From assembly GCF_009914755.1 (NCBI RefSeq), contig NC_060930.1: a DNA stretch of 64,000 bases; one strand, 5' to 3'. This stretch comes from the human T2T-CHM13v2.0 reference genome, Homo sapiens. The translations under genes and the position numbers were made by a program. How positions within the stretch are numbered: position 1 is the first letter of the stretch; every line of letters starts with the position of its first letter. Under the pieces are notes generated by a model that made no database searches, was not told the DNA's origin, and was given only the letters and a program-made list of their open reading frames with translations. Below are positions 12,271 to 26,539 of the stretch, one piece after another.

Positions 12271-15200
12271 CGGAATGATTTTTTTTTTTAAATCTCACTT
12301 AAAAGCAGCAGCCTATAGCCATACTTAGAAAATGCCAATAAAGCAACAAAAAGAATGTGAAGTCTGTGGTTTTGCATAGAGAAATGTTGCTTTTCAGAAG
12401 AATCTTTTTGGTGAAAAGTGTTCTTTCTATGCCAGAAAAAGTAGGATCTTCCTTATTTCTTCTCGGCTAGGGCCCATAGACTGTCTTCCTGGTTATATTC
12501 TTTGGAAGGATGATAGAATATTTGAAACACTATAAAAATGAGATATAATACAGTTGCTAATTAATAATTATGACGACCAATTAAAAAATAGTGGCTTAAA
12601 CAGATATTTCCTGTGATAGTTTCTTGAGTAGCACTGAAACCTGAAATGAGTAAGAACAAATAAAGTTTATAGAATAATTGCCTTGTATTTATTTGCTCAG
12701 AAAAAATGTATTATTATCGTACAGATTTACATCTGGATTTATTATCTGTAGCTTCAAAGTTAACCTTTCAATGATAATGGTGCACTTTTGCATATCATGT
12801 TTAATAACTCCTTTTGCAAAATTAAAAAAAATTACAAAAATCCATTTCCCAGGAGCAAGGAGAATAAAAATCTCTACAAAGTTGGAAACTAGTCAATATT
12901 GAACTAGGCAGGATAAGCCACAAAAAATCTTAAAACTTACTGTCCTTTCTATTTATTTTACACATATTAAAGATTGAAACTAATTACTGTGGGGGCTTTT
13001 TTCCATGCCTATATTTTGATTCTATAGTAGGTTTCCTGAGGGCAGTTTTGAGGTTTTATGCCAGCAATTTGTTGGGTCCTAAGTGAATAATAGTTCTCAA
13101 AGGATTACTGATGAGATTGATGTATTTATAACGAGAACAAAGAGATTATCTTAAAACTGATTAAGTCATTTCCCAAATAAACATAAAATGAACTCTTTTA
13201 TTTATGATGGTGGTGAGAGAGATTGAGAATACATATTTTAATGTTTGTCACCATATTAGTGATAGAATCTACCCAAGAAGCAGATGATTTGTGAAATTGG
13301 TAGAAATGATTAGAAAAGAAATTTATTTTTAAACAATCTTAATGGATAGAACAAAATCTTCAGAACACACGCTTGATGTTATACAAAAGCTTTAATTTTG
13401 AAGAAATGGTGGGTATTTAAGAAGAAGTCTGGTATAAAAATTTAAGTTATCAGTAAAGACTAACAACCAGAAAAAAAGATAATGCGTTTTAAAATATTTT
13501 ATTATTATCCAAAAGGAAGAGTCTGGAAGACAGTGTTGAGTCGCAGAATAAATTATGTACAGTTTTAGCACTTCCTTAATGAATCTTTTAGATTCATTTG
13601 GTGCTTCAAAATAAAGAATTCTGTTCAAGCTGTAAACTCGCTCTGCCATAATTGCTGTGTAGCAGTTGTTCTAAAGAAGGCAGAAACAAGCAACCTCCTT
13701 TTCCCTAAAGCCTGAAGCAATGCAGTCATGTCCTGGAGAAAGTCATTATAAAAAAGCCTTTTCTATGTTTTGAATCTCTTTAAGGATGCATCTGCGGATT
13801 TTATTCATCATTCCATTTATCATAAGGTTCAGAGACAAGTATTGCATTAAGTATATTTGGTACAGAGGGAGTTGCAGATTCTTAGAACTGGTTTGCAATG
13901 CCTCTCAGAGGCAGTAACTGGGTAAAAACTGAGTACAAGGTATGTGATATAAGGAGGGCTGGGATCAACTTTCCATACATCTGTTTACTTTAAAGTTGAT
14001 GTCATTTGCCGCTCAGTGCTATTTTAAACACTCTTAGAGTTTCTAACTTCTTTTTGTTCCTGTATTTTGAGATCTCTGTTTTGGCAAAAGGTTAGTGAGA
14101 CCTGCAAATCGGGCGGTTTGAGCACCTGTAACTCTCTGTGCACACTTCTACCTTTTCACATAAACCAAATATTGGATTTGAGGTTGTCACTCCCAGGATA
14201 GTGTGAGCTACTTAAGGGCAAGGTCATGATTTACCCACTTCTATGACCTCACCTCTTTGCTGTGTCTAGGTTGTAGCAACTACGCAAGTGTCTGAAAAAT
14301 AACACTGGCTTACTAGCTGATTGAACTATGCTTTATTACATATAATTTATTAAAATATCAACTATGATTGTGAGAGCTCTGATCTCATACTTTTCTGTTC
14401 CAAAGTGTGTTTTTTTAAATGTGAAATGAGTTAATTTAGTAAATAAACTCAAGTATGTGGATATTAACTCCTTAACATGATAATCAAAATAAATTAGTGG
14501 TCTGGAGCTTAGTCAAACTCTTCAACTCCTCAATTCTAGTGCAAAAAATGTGTATTTGTTAACACTTGTCCTCTAAGAAAATTTGTTTTTGTTTTCCCTC
14601 CAATGATAGCTTGGTTAAGAACTTACTACTGTGTCATTTTAGTTACAAAGTCTTGACATATTTAGAGGACTTAGACATACATATCCAGGTATTTTTGGAA
14701 TTCTTATAGAAAACTCACATTATCAATTTTTCAATTCCATTATTTCACTGCTGACTGGCTTTAAAATTTTGTCCATAGATAGCATGCGATCTTTATAATT
14801 CTTTGCATTTAGTTTTTCAAATACTACACTTTGAGGATATCCTGAGCAATTACATTATTCCACAATTTGATACTACTTCAAAGACAATCTTATCATGAGA
14901 GCTGCCCTGTTATCTTCTTCCACAAAATGCAAGACAAATAATTAGGTTACCATTTGTTTTTGCCTCATTTTCTTTTGTAACATGTTAACCAAGTTCTTTC
15001 CTGATGGCCTAACTGATTTTCAGGCTCATATATAAAAGGAAAGCAAATCTTATTTTCTTTACTTTGAAGCCCCTTTAGCATATCCAATTTCTTCTGCAAT
15101 TTTGTCTTTACTTTTGATCTAGTTGGATAGTCTCTTCATGGATATTCTCTAAAAAATATAAGAAAGCAAATAATTTATTTTTTATTCAGAGTTGTTGACT

Positions 15201-15699
15201 TTGCCAGTTTGCTGTGCTGAATTTTGATTGAGTTTATGAGCTTTTTGATGAGGCACGTGTTAGTTTTTACATTTATAGTAAGTTTTAAAAACTATCTTCA
15301 GTTTTATTCAAGATTAGTTATTTAAACATTCATATCCTAAAACTCCTTTCTGATATCATTATCTTTTGTTTAGTAATAGAAGGAAGTGTTTTTCTTTTAA
15401 ATCTCTCTACTAGAAAAATTAGACTTAATTGTGTAAATATCACACCATCATTTTTGTATGTGTTACTGAAAACCTGTCTCAGTATGCCTCCTTTCCTATA
15501 TGCTCAAAATTTATTTTATCCAGAGATAGTTATTTGCTTTACTCTCCATCCCTCTACTCTATAAAGACTGGTGTTGGGTGTCCCACACTGACATTCAGAC
15601 CTTTGCCCAGCCAAATGTCCTTTATCTCTGAAGACCCGGGATTTCTGTCATGGAGTATTCACATCTGAGAACTATTCTGGACACTTTATAATAAGAGCA

Positions 15700-15935
15700 G
15701 AGTAATAATTTCCACGTATTGAGCACGTACCAAGTGCCACATACTATGCTGGTTGTGTCATATATTTTCCCTAATTCAGTTCTCACAATAACCTTACAGT
15801 ATTGGAAATATTATGTGTCTTTTATAATGAGGAAGCTTGAATTAGAAAGTTTGAATAACTTAATTTGGATCAGTTATAAGTAGAAGAGATGGGGATTTGA
15901 ACTTAGGCTGGTGGTCTGTGGAACCTCTGCCCTTA
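15700..15935 (-). mobile_element. MIR
   Basis: MIR core (gtattgagcacgtaccaagtgcc; ttctcacaataacctta; atgaggaagcttga; ggatttgaacttagg). Confidence 0.65.
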
Positions 15936-16494
15936 ATCTTTGTGCTTGGTACACCATAAATATATTTCTGTAAGTGCAACAGATTGATTGATGTCTCCTG
16001 CATTCTCTATTTGCTGGTTACCGTTAGTAGGCTGGCTTCCTGGTCTTTTTCTCCTATAGCTGGTGACCATTTAAAAATTGTGGTAGTGCTTGCTAGTGCT
16101 TTAAATACGGGAAGCCCTTTTATTTTTAACCATCAATTTTGTGGACTTTTCAACATTGTTATAATGCTTTAGAATAATGATTGAATAAAGTATGTGGAGG
16201 CAAAAGGCACCAGAGAATTCAGTAATGCTGTGAGATGAAGTTGCATTTTATTTATTGCAATAGTATCCACATATTAACTGCAAAACTACAGATACACAAT
16301 TATTAATAACCTTATAGAACATTTCATTAGTAATGTGACCTTCAGTTTTTAATATCTGAGCTTGATATTTGCTTGCTTCCTTATGTCCTTGCCCTGAAAT
16401 AATATCTTCTACCTCAAAATTCTGTACATACTTTATTTTCCTAAATAATTGGAAAGGAGCCATATATATGTATATATATAAAATACACAGAATA

Positions 16495-16992
16495 GAATAG
16501 TACTCTACCAAGATGTTTTTCTCCTAATAGCTGTTACCTGGGAATATGATATGGTACTTGGCAAGGGATAACTTAGTTTGCAGATGGAATTAAGGCTACT
16601 AATCAGCTGACCTCAAAATAAGGAGTTTATTTTGGATTACGTGGGTGGCCCAATGTAGTCCTAATGTTAATTAAAATATAAGAAAGGAAGGCAGAAGAAT
16701 AAAATAATATGTGACAACAAAAACAGAGATCAAAATGTTGCCCTACTGGCTTGGAAGATGGAAGGAGTGGCCAACAGCCAAGGGTGCAGGTAGCCTCCAG
16801 AAGCCAGAAAAGTCAAAGAAAGGAATTCCCCACTAGAGCCTCCAGAAAGAATGCGGCTCTGCTGGTGACTTGATTTTTAGCTCAGTGAGACCACTTCATA
16901 CTTCTGGACTCTGGAGCTGCAAGATAATAAATTTGTGTTGTTTTTTGCCATGAAATTTGTGGTGATAAAGTAGCAATAGGAAACTAAATATA
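16495..16992 (+). mobile_element. MaLR solo LTR (MLT1D/E-like)
   Basis: tttgcagatggaattaagg..ctaatcagctgacctcaaaataagg; gaattccccactagagcctccagaaaga; ends agcaataggaaactaa. Confidence 0.8.
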
Positions 16993-18329
16993 TATATTTT
17001 TATTTACATACATTTTCTTGTTTTGCAAACAGTTTTTATGCTAATAAAAGTGCTATTTTGTATTTCTTTACAATAAAAAATTCTACTTTTGAGTTTTCTA
17101 ACTCTCTGTCTTCTCTCTTAGAACTGTGACCTGAAATGATTAATCATGTCATGTCAGGATTTAACATCAACATGATGTAAAACAAATCCACCCTTCTGTT
17201 ACAGTTGGTTACACAGTAAGCTTCAAGAATTCATGTTCTTATAGAACATGTTCTTATAGTTCTTATAGAAAGGGGACCAGAATAGAGTGATTTAATTGAT
17301 TATTTCTTCTCATTAAATAGGAAAACAGTTTTTCTCTAACTTTTTTCGTGAGTAGAGTGCTTTATTTTTTTTTTTTGCTAAACTGTGGTTCTTTCAAAAA
17401 GGCCTTCATGGGATCTCTGGCAAACCTCTGGCAGAACAGCTGTAGCAACAGTGTTAAGTCTCAGTGCTGCTGTCATTCTCCAAGGGGAATGACCAAAGTG
17501 ATTTAAAGAGGAGCAATTATGGGACCTTTGCTAGGGCCTTAATCTCCTCCTAGAAAAATAAAGATTTTGCAAGACTTTACTAAAAAATATTGTCTTTTAT
17601 TCATTCGAAACACCATTACTGATATCCTACTGGGGATACATATAACCATCCGCTGTGGGGACATTCACAGCTTGTGAGGAATGAGACTGTGGGCCTTTGG
17701 GAAGAAGCCCATTGCATAGTTTGGGAAACATCCAGGAAGAAAGTATTAATTCTACTTTGGGAAATTTGAGTAGGATGTTGTGGTAGGGAGAAGAAAGAGT
17801 ATCACAGGAATAGGGAGCTCCATTTACCAGGTGACAGAAATGTCAATGTGCACGCTGGAGTATTTGAGTGACGGTTAGATCCTGACAAGGGATGAAACTG
17901 TTTGAGTAGAGCGATAAGGTTTCAAAGGGTCTTTAATGTCATATTAAAGAGACTGGAATTTATCTTGTTTTCAATGGAGCGCCATTATAGATACGTAATT
18001 GGAAGTGTGCACAAAAATATTTATATCTCCAAGCAACATAAAGCAGCAGTTGGAGAGAAGGGATGTTGTCTAAGAGGAGATATAGAAGAGTGAACCCAAT
18101 GATGAGGTGATTTTAGTTGAACTTCCAGTTCCACTAGACCTCTGTGATTTGCAAGCAGCTAAAACAGCATCTGACACACCATAGTAGTATTCACTAAATA
18201 TGTATCAAGCATTATTGAATAAACCAATGAATATAGGCCTACATTGAAACTGGATGGATTTTAAAAAATTGTAGAAATTATAAGTACCCCAACTAGAATG
18301 CAAGTTCTAGGAATAGAATGTAACAGGTT

Positions 18330-19790
18330 ATAGATAGATAAGCTGTTTTCTTCCTCTGAGTTATTTTAATTTTTCTTAATTTTGGATTTTCTGTAGTTTG
18401 AATATGATATGCTTTTTTGTTTTTGTTTTTTGTTTGTTTTTTTTTTAATAAAGAATTTATCCTGCTTGATATTCTCTGGGATTCCTGGCTCTGTTGTTTG
18501 GAATCTGATATTAATTTGAGGAAATTATCAGTCATTAGTGCTTCAAATATTTCTTCTGTTTCTTTCTCTCTTTCTTTTCTTTACACAGGTTACCTTTTTT
18601 AGTTTTCCCACAGTTCTTGGACATTCTGGTTTTTTTTTTTTCAGTCCCTTTTCTCTTTCCGTTTTCATTTTTGAAGTTTCTAGTTACATATCTTGAAGCT
18701 AAGGGTCATTCGTCAGTTGTGTCCTGTCTACCAATGAGCCCATCAAAGGCATTCTTTATTTCTATTACAGTGTTTTTGACCTCTACTATTTCTTTTATTT
18801 TTCTTAAAATTTCCATTGTTCTGCTTGTATTGCCTAACTGCTCTTGAATGCTATCTACTTTATCTATTAGAGTTCTTAGCATACTAATTATAGTTGTTTT
18901 AAATTCTGGTTCTGATGATTCCGACATCCCTGGCATAGCTGGGTCTGGTTCTGATGCTTGGTCTCTCTTTAAACTGTGATATTTGTTTTGTTTTGTTTTT
19001 TGTCTTTTAACATGACTTGTAATTTTTTTCTTAGTAGCCAAATGTTATGTACTGGGTCAAGTGAACAAAAGGAAATGAGCCTTTACTAAAGTGTTGGTAA
19101 GGTGTGGGGAAGGGGAAGTAGTCTATAGTCCTATGATTAGGTCTCAGTCTTTTAGTGAGCCTGTGCCTCTGAACTGTGAATTACACAAGTGCTTCTCAGT
19201 CTCCCTCCGCCCTTCATAGGTGGGACAGGATGGCTAGACTAGGCTGGAGTTGGGTATTTCCCTTCTCCCATGTCAGTTAGGCACTGATAGAACCCCAATA
19301 GCTTAGACTCTGATTTGGCAGTTTCTCTTGAGGGCAGTTCTTGTTAAGAAGGACAAAATGCTCTGGTGTATTTCAAAATGTTTCCTTTTTCCTCCCTCTG
19401 CTATAAGCCCCAGAAAATTTTTCTCCAGTATTCACTGTGAGAATCTGGTTGAGCTCCTGAGGTAAAACTCACCAATGTAGGCACCTCTTATGACTGAGCC
19501 CCCCAGAGTTTTTGACTCTCAGAGTTATCTGCTCTGAGCCTCTGGCAATTCATCAATTACAGTTCAGGGTTTTCAACCCTGGAAGGTTTTTGCTGGAAGT
19601 TTCTGGTCTTGTAAGCTATGATTTTCTGTACTAACCTGTATTCTATCCTATTTGGGGGCAGTAGTTTGTCCTGTGACCTCATTTCTCTGGATCTAAGAAG
19701 AGTTGTTGATTTTTCAGTTTGTTCAGCTTTTCACTTGCTTTTTGCACAAAGTGACAACTTCCAAGTTCCTTACTTGCTGAGCTGGAAGCT
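18330..19790 (-). mobile_element. Old L1 (L1MC/L1M4-type) 5' UTR plus ORF1 N-terminus
   Basis: ORF 18706-19041 is L1 ORF1p-like (EFKTTIISMLRTL..EILRKIKEIVEVKNTVIEIKNAFDGLIGR); upstream sequence matches the copy at 30900-32500. Confidence 0.8.
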
Positions 19791-19849
19791 CTGAATGCTT
19801 GCTTTTCACAGTGGTATGACCTGTTAATTCTAAAACTACCAGATGTGCA

Positions 19850-21285
19850 TTCTTGGTCTGAGAAAATAAATTACCATGAAAAATGAGAGCTACTTTTCTA
19901 TCTATTGAAGGCAAGCTTAAGAGAAGGTAAAGAAGGTTAGAATAAGTCCTGTGGTATTGGATTAGAATAGTAGGTCTCAGCATGAACTCAGTATGTACAG
20001 GTATCTAGATCTAGATATAGATACATATGTAGACATAAATATGTTTGCATATGTACACTTTTTTTTTATCTCTGTCCACTGAGAGGGTGTAGAAGCTATA
20101 CATCCTAAAATTAGTGAGCCCATCTAGCACCTGGAAGCTAGTTTCTAAATATCAATTTCTAATAAAAGGAGCCAGGCCTCCTTGGAGAAATGGCTGATTC
20201 CAGTGGTGAGACAGTGCTACGAGTTGAACTCTGTCCTCCTTAAATTCATAGGTTGAAGTACAAACCGCCAGAAACTTACAATACAACCTTATTTGGAAAT
20301 AGGGTCATTACAGGTATACTTAGTTCAGATGAGGTCATTAAGGCAGGTCCTAATCCAAAATGACTGGTGTGTAAAGGGAAAATTCCACTCAAAGATACAG
20401 AGACATGTGAAGAGGGAAGACAATGTGAAGAGACGCAGGAAGAAGTGGCCTTCTATAAGCCAAAGAGAGAGGACTGGAACCAGTCTTTTCCTCATGGCCC
20501 TCAGAAGGAAACTGCCATGCTGACACCTTGATTTTGAAGTTCTAACCTTCAAAACTGTGAAATGACACATTGCTGTTGTTTTCACCACCTGGTCTGTGGT
20601 GCCTTGTAGAGCAGTCATAGCAAACTAACAGATGGGGTAGCACAAGGCGAGTCTGGAGTATCTCTGATTACTGAAATCTCAAAAAATTATGGCGATATGT
20701 AAAAAAGACATAGGGTCCATCTTAAATATGAGGAAAATTTGAACAACAACATGATTAATGATACTAAAAATTGCAACCCATCACATAAAAAAATCAATGA
20801 GTTCATACTGACATGAAAAAATGACTAAATAAATTGAAAGGAAAGTTCTTGTCTAGAGGGGATTATAATTAAAAACGTAGGAGAAATGATTAGGAAATCG
20901 CCATTTGCCAATAATTACGATAAATTTTTTCAGGAAAGAATCATAAATGAACATTAAAATGAAAGGAAGATGATATTATAGAAAATACTATATTTATACA
21001 ATCTTAAATTATCTTCCTACAATAAATGTTAACTACAAGGGGAAAAATAGTAGCTTAACCATGAAGAAACCTAGAAGACACCACCTTAACGGAATGATCA
21101 AAATTAACATCACCAACAATGGGACAGAGTGATACAATGTGCCTCCTGATAGGTTGCACCAAGAAGGATGAAACATGCAAGAATGATAAAGCGTAAAAGA
21201 TTAATATTTCAGGAATTTGGTAAAGTGTATAAGGGAATATTTTATACTACTTTTATAATTATTATATAAAATGAAAAGTGCTGCA
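19850..21285 (+). mobile_element. L1MC-type 3' region interrupted by MLT1
   Basis: L1MC 3' motifs (gtccactgagaggg, ctccttggagaaatggctgattccag, gaagaaacctagaagacaccaccttaac, gatcaaaattaacatcacc). Confidence 0.7.
20215..20632 (+). mobile_element. MaLR solo LTR (MLT1B-like)
   Basis: tgctacgagttgaac..., ccttatttggaaatagggtc, ctgacaccttgatttt, ends gcaaactaacaga; nested in L1MC. Confidence 0.85.
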
Positions 21286-21480
21286 TTTGGTAAAAGACTA
21301 GGTAAAAAGGATGAGGAGAGGAGAAATGAGGATTCACTGTGTGTGATGTTTTGCTTGAGTCATGATATAGGTGGTGAATTACCTGGAAATTCTCAGCAAA
21401 TCATTGTTGATTAGATATTATGAATACAGAACAAAGAATAGTGTTAAGAAGCAAGATAATAAGTTATGTTCCACACATGG

Positions 21481-21860
21481 TGATATGGTTTGGCTCTGTG
21501 TCCCCACCCAAATTTCATGTTGAATTTTAATCCCCAGTGTTAGAGGTGTGGGCTGGTGGGAGATGATTGGATCTAAAGGTTTAGCACCAATCCTCTAGTG
21601 CTGTTTTGTGAGAGTTGTCATGAGATCTCATTGTTTGAAAGTGTGTAAAACTTCCCTCTTCACTCTCTCTTTCTCCTGCCACCATGTTAAGACGTGTTTG
21701 CTTCCCGTTTACCTTCTGCCATGATTGTAAGTTTCCTGAGGTCTCCCCAACCATGCCTCCTGTATAGCCCGAAGAACTGTGAGTCAATTAAACCTCTTTT
21801 CTTTATAAATTACCCAGTCTCGGGTAGTTCTTTACAGCAGTGTGAGAGCAGACTAACACA
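21481..21860 (+). mobile_element. MaLR solo LTR (MSTA-like)
   Basis: TGATATGGTTTGG...GACTAACACA; TSD CATGG/CGTGG (CpG-type mismatch). Confidence 0.92.
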
Positions 21861-23628
21861 CGTGGGAAATTTGCTGTATTCAGCTGGTGTAATAATTCTT
21901 TTTAGCCAAATGAAAAAATAAAGGCAATGTCTTGAATACTAAAAGAGCAGTTTTTCCATGTCATCATGGAATTTTAATTAAAATAATTTTAGAACTTACT
22001 CTTTCTCAAGAATTAGCTTTGGGAAAAAATAATATGATAACAAAGACACCGTTTTAAAAGAGAACAAAAATAGGTAGCATAAAATAGTAGATAAAGATCT
22101 ACTAAAGTGGTTAGTTAGTATGAAATTAGAAACCCAACTTCTAATTCCTAACATAGGTTGCAGCAGGAGAGGTCTCTGAAATTACAGGTGACTGTGTCAT
22201 TAAAGGTGTTTTAACAGAAGGGCCTTTCTTAGGTGATTGCTATGTATTTAGGCTAAGTGAACCACATTTGATGGGCAATTAATCACGATTCACTTTTCAA
22301 GTGTCTTATTTAGAACATTTTGATTAGTCATTTTGGTCTACTAGGACACATCAGATACAACTCCAAATCCCGAGAAGAGGTCATCAGCAGGTTTTCAGCA
22401 GTGGAGCCAGGTGGATGGCACACCTGAATTTTGATCTGAAGGGAAACTACTGAAGTCAGCACCCTAGGGAAATGTATTTCTCTAATACTGTCAAAATCAA
22501 TGGATCTTTCAGATGTACTATTTTGTAAACAAATGCCTGGATATCCACTCTTCCCAATTTTTTTTTGGAATTCCTACTGCCCACTCTCCATGTGCACTTA
22601 CAGAAAAAACAGATATCTTTTCTCACTGAAGGCTATGTTAGTCACTATGGTTTATTAAATATAGCCTGGACTCAATCCCCCATTCCCCCTCCCAAAAAAA
22701 CCTTCTGTAATAAGTCATAATATAGTTATTTAATTATTTAATAGTCTTACTTTTATTATATTGACTATTCTTACAAGTTAGATGGTCATTTTCATGGATT
22801 TTATCACATTGTTGCTGACCAACAGCCTTGTGCTAAATGCGTTGTAAACCTCAGGATGCTTTATCCTGTCTATCTGTGCCTTGCATTACTGTACACACTA
22901 AATCCTTCAGGGACTATTCGGGTATACACTGTGAAACTGGGAAGGTGTTAGGAGAGGAACATCTTCTTATTTCTGCAGTTTCTTGGAAAAATTAGCTAGA
23001 TGGTTTGTGAGGCTGTTCTTCCTACTGTGTCATTTTGTGCCATAAAAAGCCTTCTGGTGTTTTGAGCATATCCTCAAGAAAGGAAAGAAACAGCGAATGA
23101 AGAGGTTTATTGGATTCTCTCCTTCCTTTAATATCTTATTTGTAAAGCCAGGATGTACAAAAAGAGCTGAGATGGATTTTCCTCTTCCCTGCTGCCTCTT
23201 TCAGACCCATAAATAAAGCATTTTGTTATTGATCTATTGCCAGTACCTCCTGGAGCAATAGTTTTGATCGATAATTCCTTTAAAACAGTTCTCAGCAACC
23301 CGAATCAGGTTGACTCCCTTTTTCTTTAGTTAACCTTCTGAGATGCGAATTTAGCAGAAGACTGTCTTTTAATAGACTCATGGTTTATTATTTAAATCAA
23401 AACGAAACAAAACAAAACAAACAGACTGGGCAACGGAATGCATAGAGACACCACCGGCACATGCTTAGAGTAGCCTTGTTGCTTAAATATAGCTCCGTAT
23501 GTATCTGCTTCTAAGATCACTTATGCTTATTTGTTACAATGTGTTTAGCACAGGTTACTCAGTGTGTAGTAACAAAATAGATCTGCATTCCACAGAGATA
23601 CCATTCTTTACCCTTTTAAAAGCCCCAA

Positions 23629-23680
23629 CTTACATTATTTCGTTTGATTCTTACATTATTTTGTTTGATTCTTACATTAT
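23629..23680. repeat. 21-bp tandem repeat, about 2.5 copies
   Basis: CTTACATTATTT(C/T)GTTTGATT x2 followed by CTTACATTAT. Confidence 0.9.
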
Positions 23681-24662
23681 CTTGATCTCTGAGAAAGAGA
23701 AAACTCAGAAACCTGTGAGCTTCTCAGTGGGACAGGACCTGCTAAGAGTGTGGCGTGGGCTTGGGGTGAGGGTTCGGGCTCCCCTGGCCTCACTCTCCTG
23801 AGGCTTCATGCCACTTGCCACTCGCCAGCACTCAGCAGCTCTTTGTAGTTCAAGGAGAGACTCTGCTCCAAGTGTCTTTGGAATTAATAGCTCAGTCAAC
23901 CAGGAGACATGGTTTTCTCTTCCCAACATTACAAAACCAGTGCTCGAATGTCAAATTTTTGTTTCCTCAGTTTTCAAGTGAAGAAAACATTTCTGTTTTT
24001 TTGAGCATATGCTCGGCAATATGGATGGGAGATAGAAAGTATTAGATTCTATGTTCTAGTTCTCATGGAGTTTTTAATCTAGCAAGGAAAATGAGATACA
24101 TGTCCTAATAGCAAACAACACAAGATGGATGGTTGTCAGCAGCATTACCAGTAGGAGACATTCTCCTTACAACAGTTTTCTCTTTGACCCTTGGATCACA
24201 TAAAGAAGACAAAAGATAGTTTAATTTACCACATAGTGACTTTTTTTTGACATTTTAAGATTATCAGGACAATCAAATCCAGCTGATCCTGTTTATATGT
24301 GTGAAAGAAAAGTAAACTATGCAATGATTCTTTTATAGATTAGGCCTTTCCCATATTATATTTTTTGCAATCTTCTAATTACCTTCCTTTCCAAACAACC
24401 GTAACTATCTTTTTCATATAATAAAAATTTCTATTGACAAGACAGTTTCTTTTTTCAGGAATTCCTTTCTTCCTGCTTCTCCTTCATTAACACATAGCAT
24501 TGGATACCAAGCCCATCCAACACCAGACTTCTCTAACCATTCTGTGCACACTATATTTTAATTTTGATATGTGTTTCTTTTAAGATTAAAAGTTATATAA
24601 TTTTCAAAAATAAAAATAGGGAAACTAGGTTCTTACCAAAAAGGAAAAAAAATTTAATAGAG

Positions 24663-25121
24663 GATTTAGTGGGTTGAACTGTGGCCCCTTGAAGATATGT
24701 CCACATTCTAATCTTCAGAGCCTGTAAATGTGACCTTTTTTGGAAACAAGGGTCTTTGCCAATATAATTAGGCTAAGCATCTCAGGATGAGATCACTTTG
24801 GAGTAAGGTGGGGCCTAAATACAACAACAGGGGTCCTTATATGAGAGAAGGCACAGACAGATGAGGAGAGACACAGAGGAGAAGGCCACGTGAAGACCGA
24901 GGCAGCGTTATACTGTTACAAGCCAAGAGGCACCTGGAGTCACCAGAAGTTCCAAGAGACAAGGATGGATTCTCTCTGAGAGGCTTAGGAGAGAGCATGG
25001 CACTGCTGACACCTTGATTTCTGACATCTGGACTCTAGAACTGTGATAGAATAAATTCTTGTTGTTATGAAGCTTTCAGTTCACAGTAATTTGCTATGGC
25101 AGCCCTGGGAAGCTAATATAG
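24663..25121 (+). mobile_element. MaLR solo LTR (MLT1C-like)
   Basis: gtgggttgaactgtggcccc, cctgtaaatgtgacc, gaaggccacgtgaagac, gctgacaccttgatttc, ggcagccctgggaagctaata. Confidence 0.85.
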
Positions 25122-26539
25122 AGTATTCCAGAAACATCGAAGACCCAAGAGCTAGTCAGATTGGGCGAGTGGGTTTTTAACACGAAACCCTTGTTAAGAT
25201 AGAGGAAACTGGGAAAAGAGTAGAATAGAAACTTTGCTCATCAGTGTTTATACCTGTCCTTTCTTGTTTTCTCCTGTTAGAGAAGTTTTAATCTCTAGCC
25301 ATCGTTCTGATTCCAATATTTTCTCAGGGACCTCAAAGGTACTAATATCCCTTCTCTGTTTCTTTTCTCTTTACCTGATTTAAGGTTTCATTCCTGTTAG
25401 CATTTACATATCCTTGTGAATTCCATTTAAAAGCACAAACAAACAGAAAACCTTAATAAGAGGTCTTGGGAAACTGCACATATCTGTATACACTGGTCAG
25501 CTTCATTCTTTTTATACTGCTGCCCAGTACGCCATAGCATGAATATTTCAGGTGTTTGTTTATTCATTGCATCCATTTCCTTTCTGAAACACGTATGATG
25601 TTTCAACTTTTCCCTATTATAAATAGACCAGTGTACCTCCTTTTTGCATAGGTGGGAGTTTTTCATTAGTGTAGGACTAAATAGTGGTATTTTAGGTTAT
25701 ATGATATACACATTTTAAATGGTCATATGTATTTCCAAAATTCTTCTTGAGTTTGTATTGATTTAAACTCCCTCTAGTATATGCTTATACTTTTCCCCAT
25801 TCCTTCAATAAAATGTAGCACTAGTCATGTGAGAAATAAGGTAGCTATAAAAATCCAAAATAACAGTATTTAATGGAGAAAAGAAAAAATAAAACTATTG
25901 CATGTTTTATCTTACTATTTACAGGTGTATTTCAATGCATAGAAAAGGCATAAAAGATATATATCAAAAAGTTTTTTTGTTAGCATGGGTAAGATAAACT
26001 TTCTTAGAGTGGTGGGGGAACTAAAAATCTGTATTTATTGGCATTTTTTAAGAAAAATATATTCGTGTATTGTGATATCAAAAGGTATTTCAAATCTAAT
26101 ATCACATTGATTGTCCGATGGCCTATTTTGTATGTATCTTTAGAAAATAAATGGTGTCAATAAAACCATAATACAATCCTGTCTTATTGGAATTTTCTAT
26201 GTTATTCTGAATAAATGAGTTCATTAAGAATTCTTGGACATAGATTTTTACCTTATACTATGCTACTGTTTTGGTGCTTTTCTGAGTCCAAACTAGCATT
26301 TTAATGCTTAATTATAATGTAATCCTTTTAAAGACATTAACCATCATATACAGTACTAATGATGTACATGTCTCAGTTGAAGTGATATCAATATGGTCAG
26401 GTAAAGAAAAGTATGTCACGACTGTCGCCACAGCCTCATCTGACTGACCATAGCTCTAAGATTCATTTGTTTTAAATGGTCTCCTGATATTAGATATATT
26501 AAAATGAGATAAACAAAGACATCCATCAAAAGTCTTATT

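Noticed and set aside
22345-22480. Exon-like stretch in unique DNA
   Set aside because: The frames I translated hit stops within about 45 codons, no donor is convincing and no homolog is recognisable.
23629-23680. Short direct repeats (also 34207-34240 and 50205-50231) as a CRISPR-like or functional array
   Set aside because: Spacerless 2-2.5-copy slippage duplications in eukaryotic DNA.
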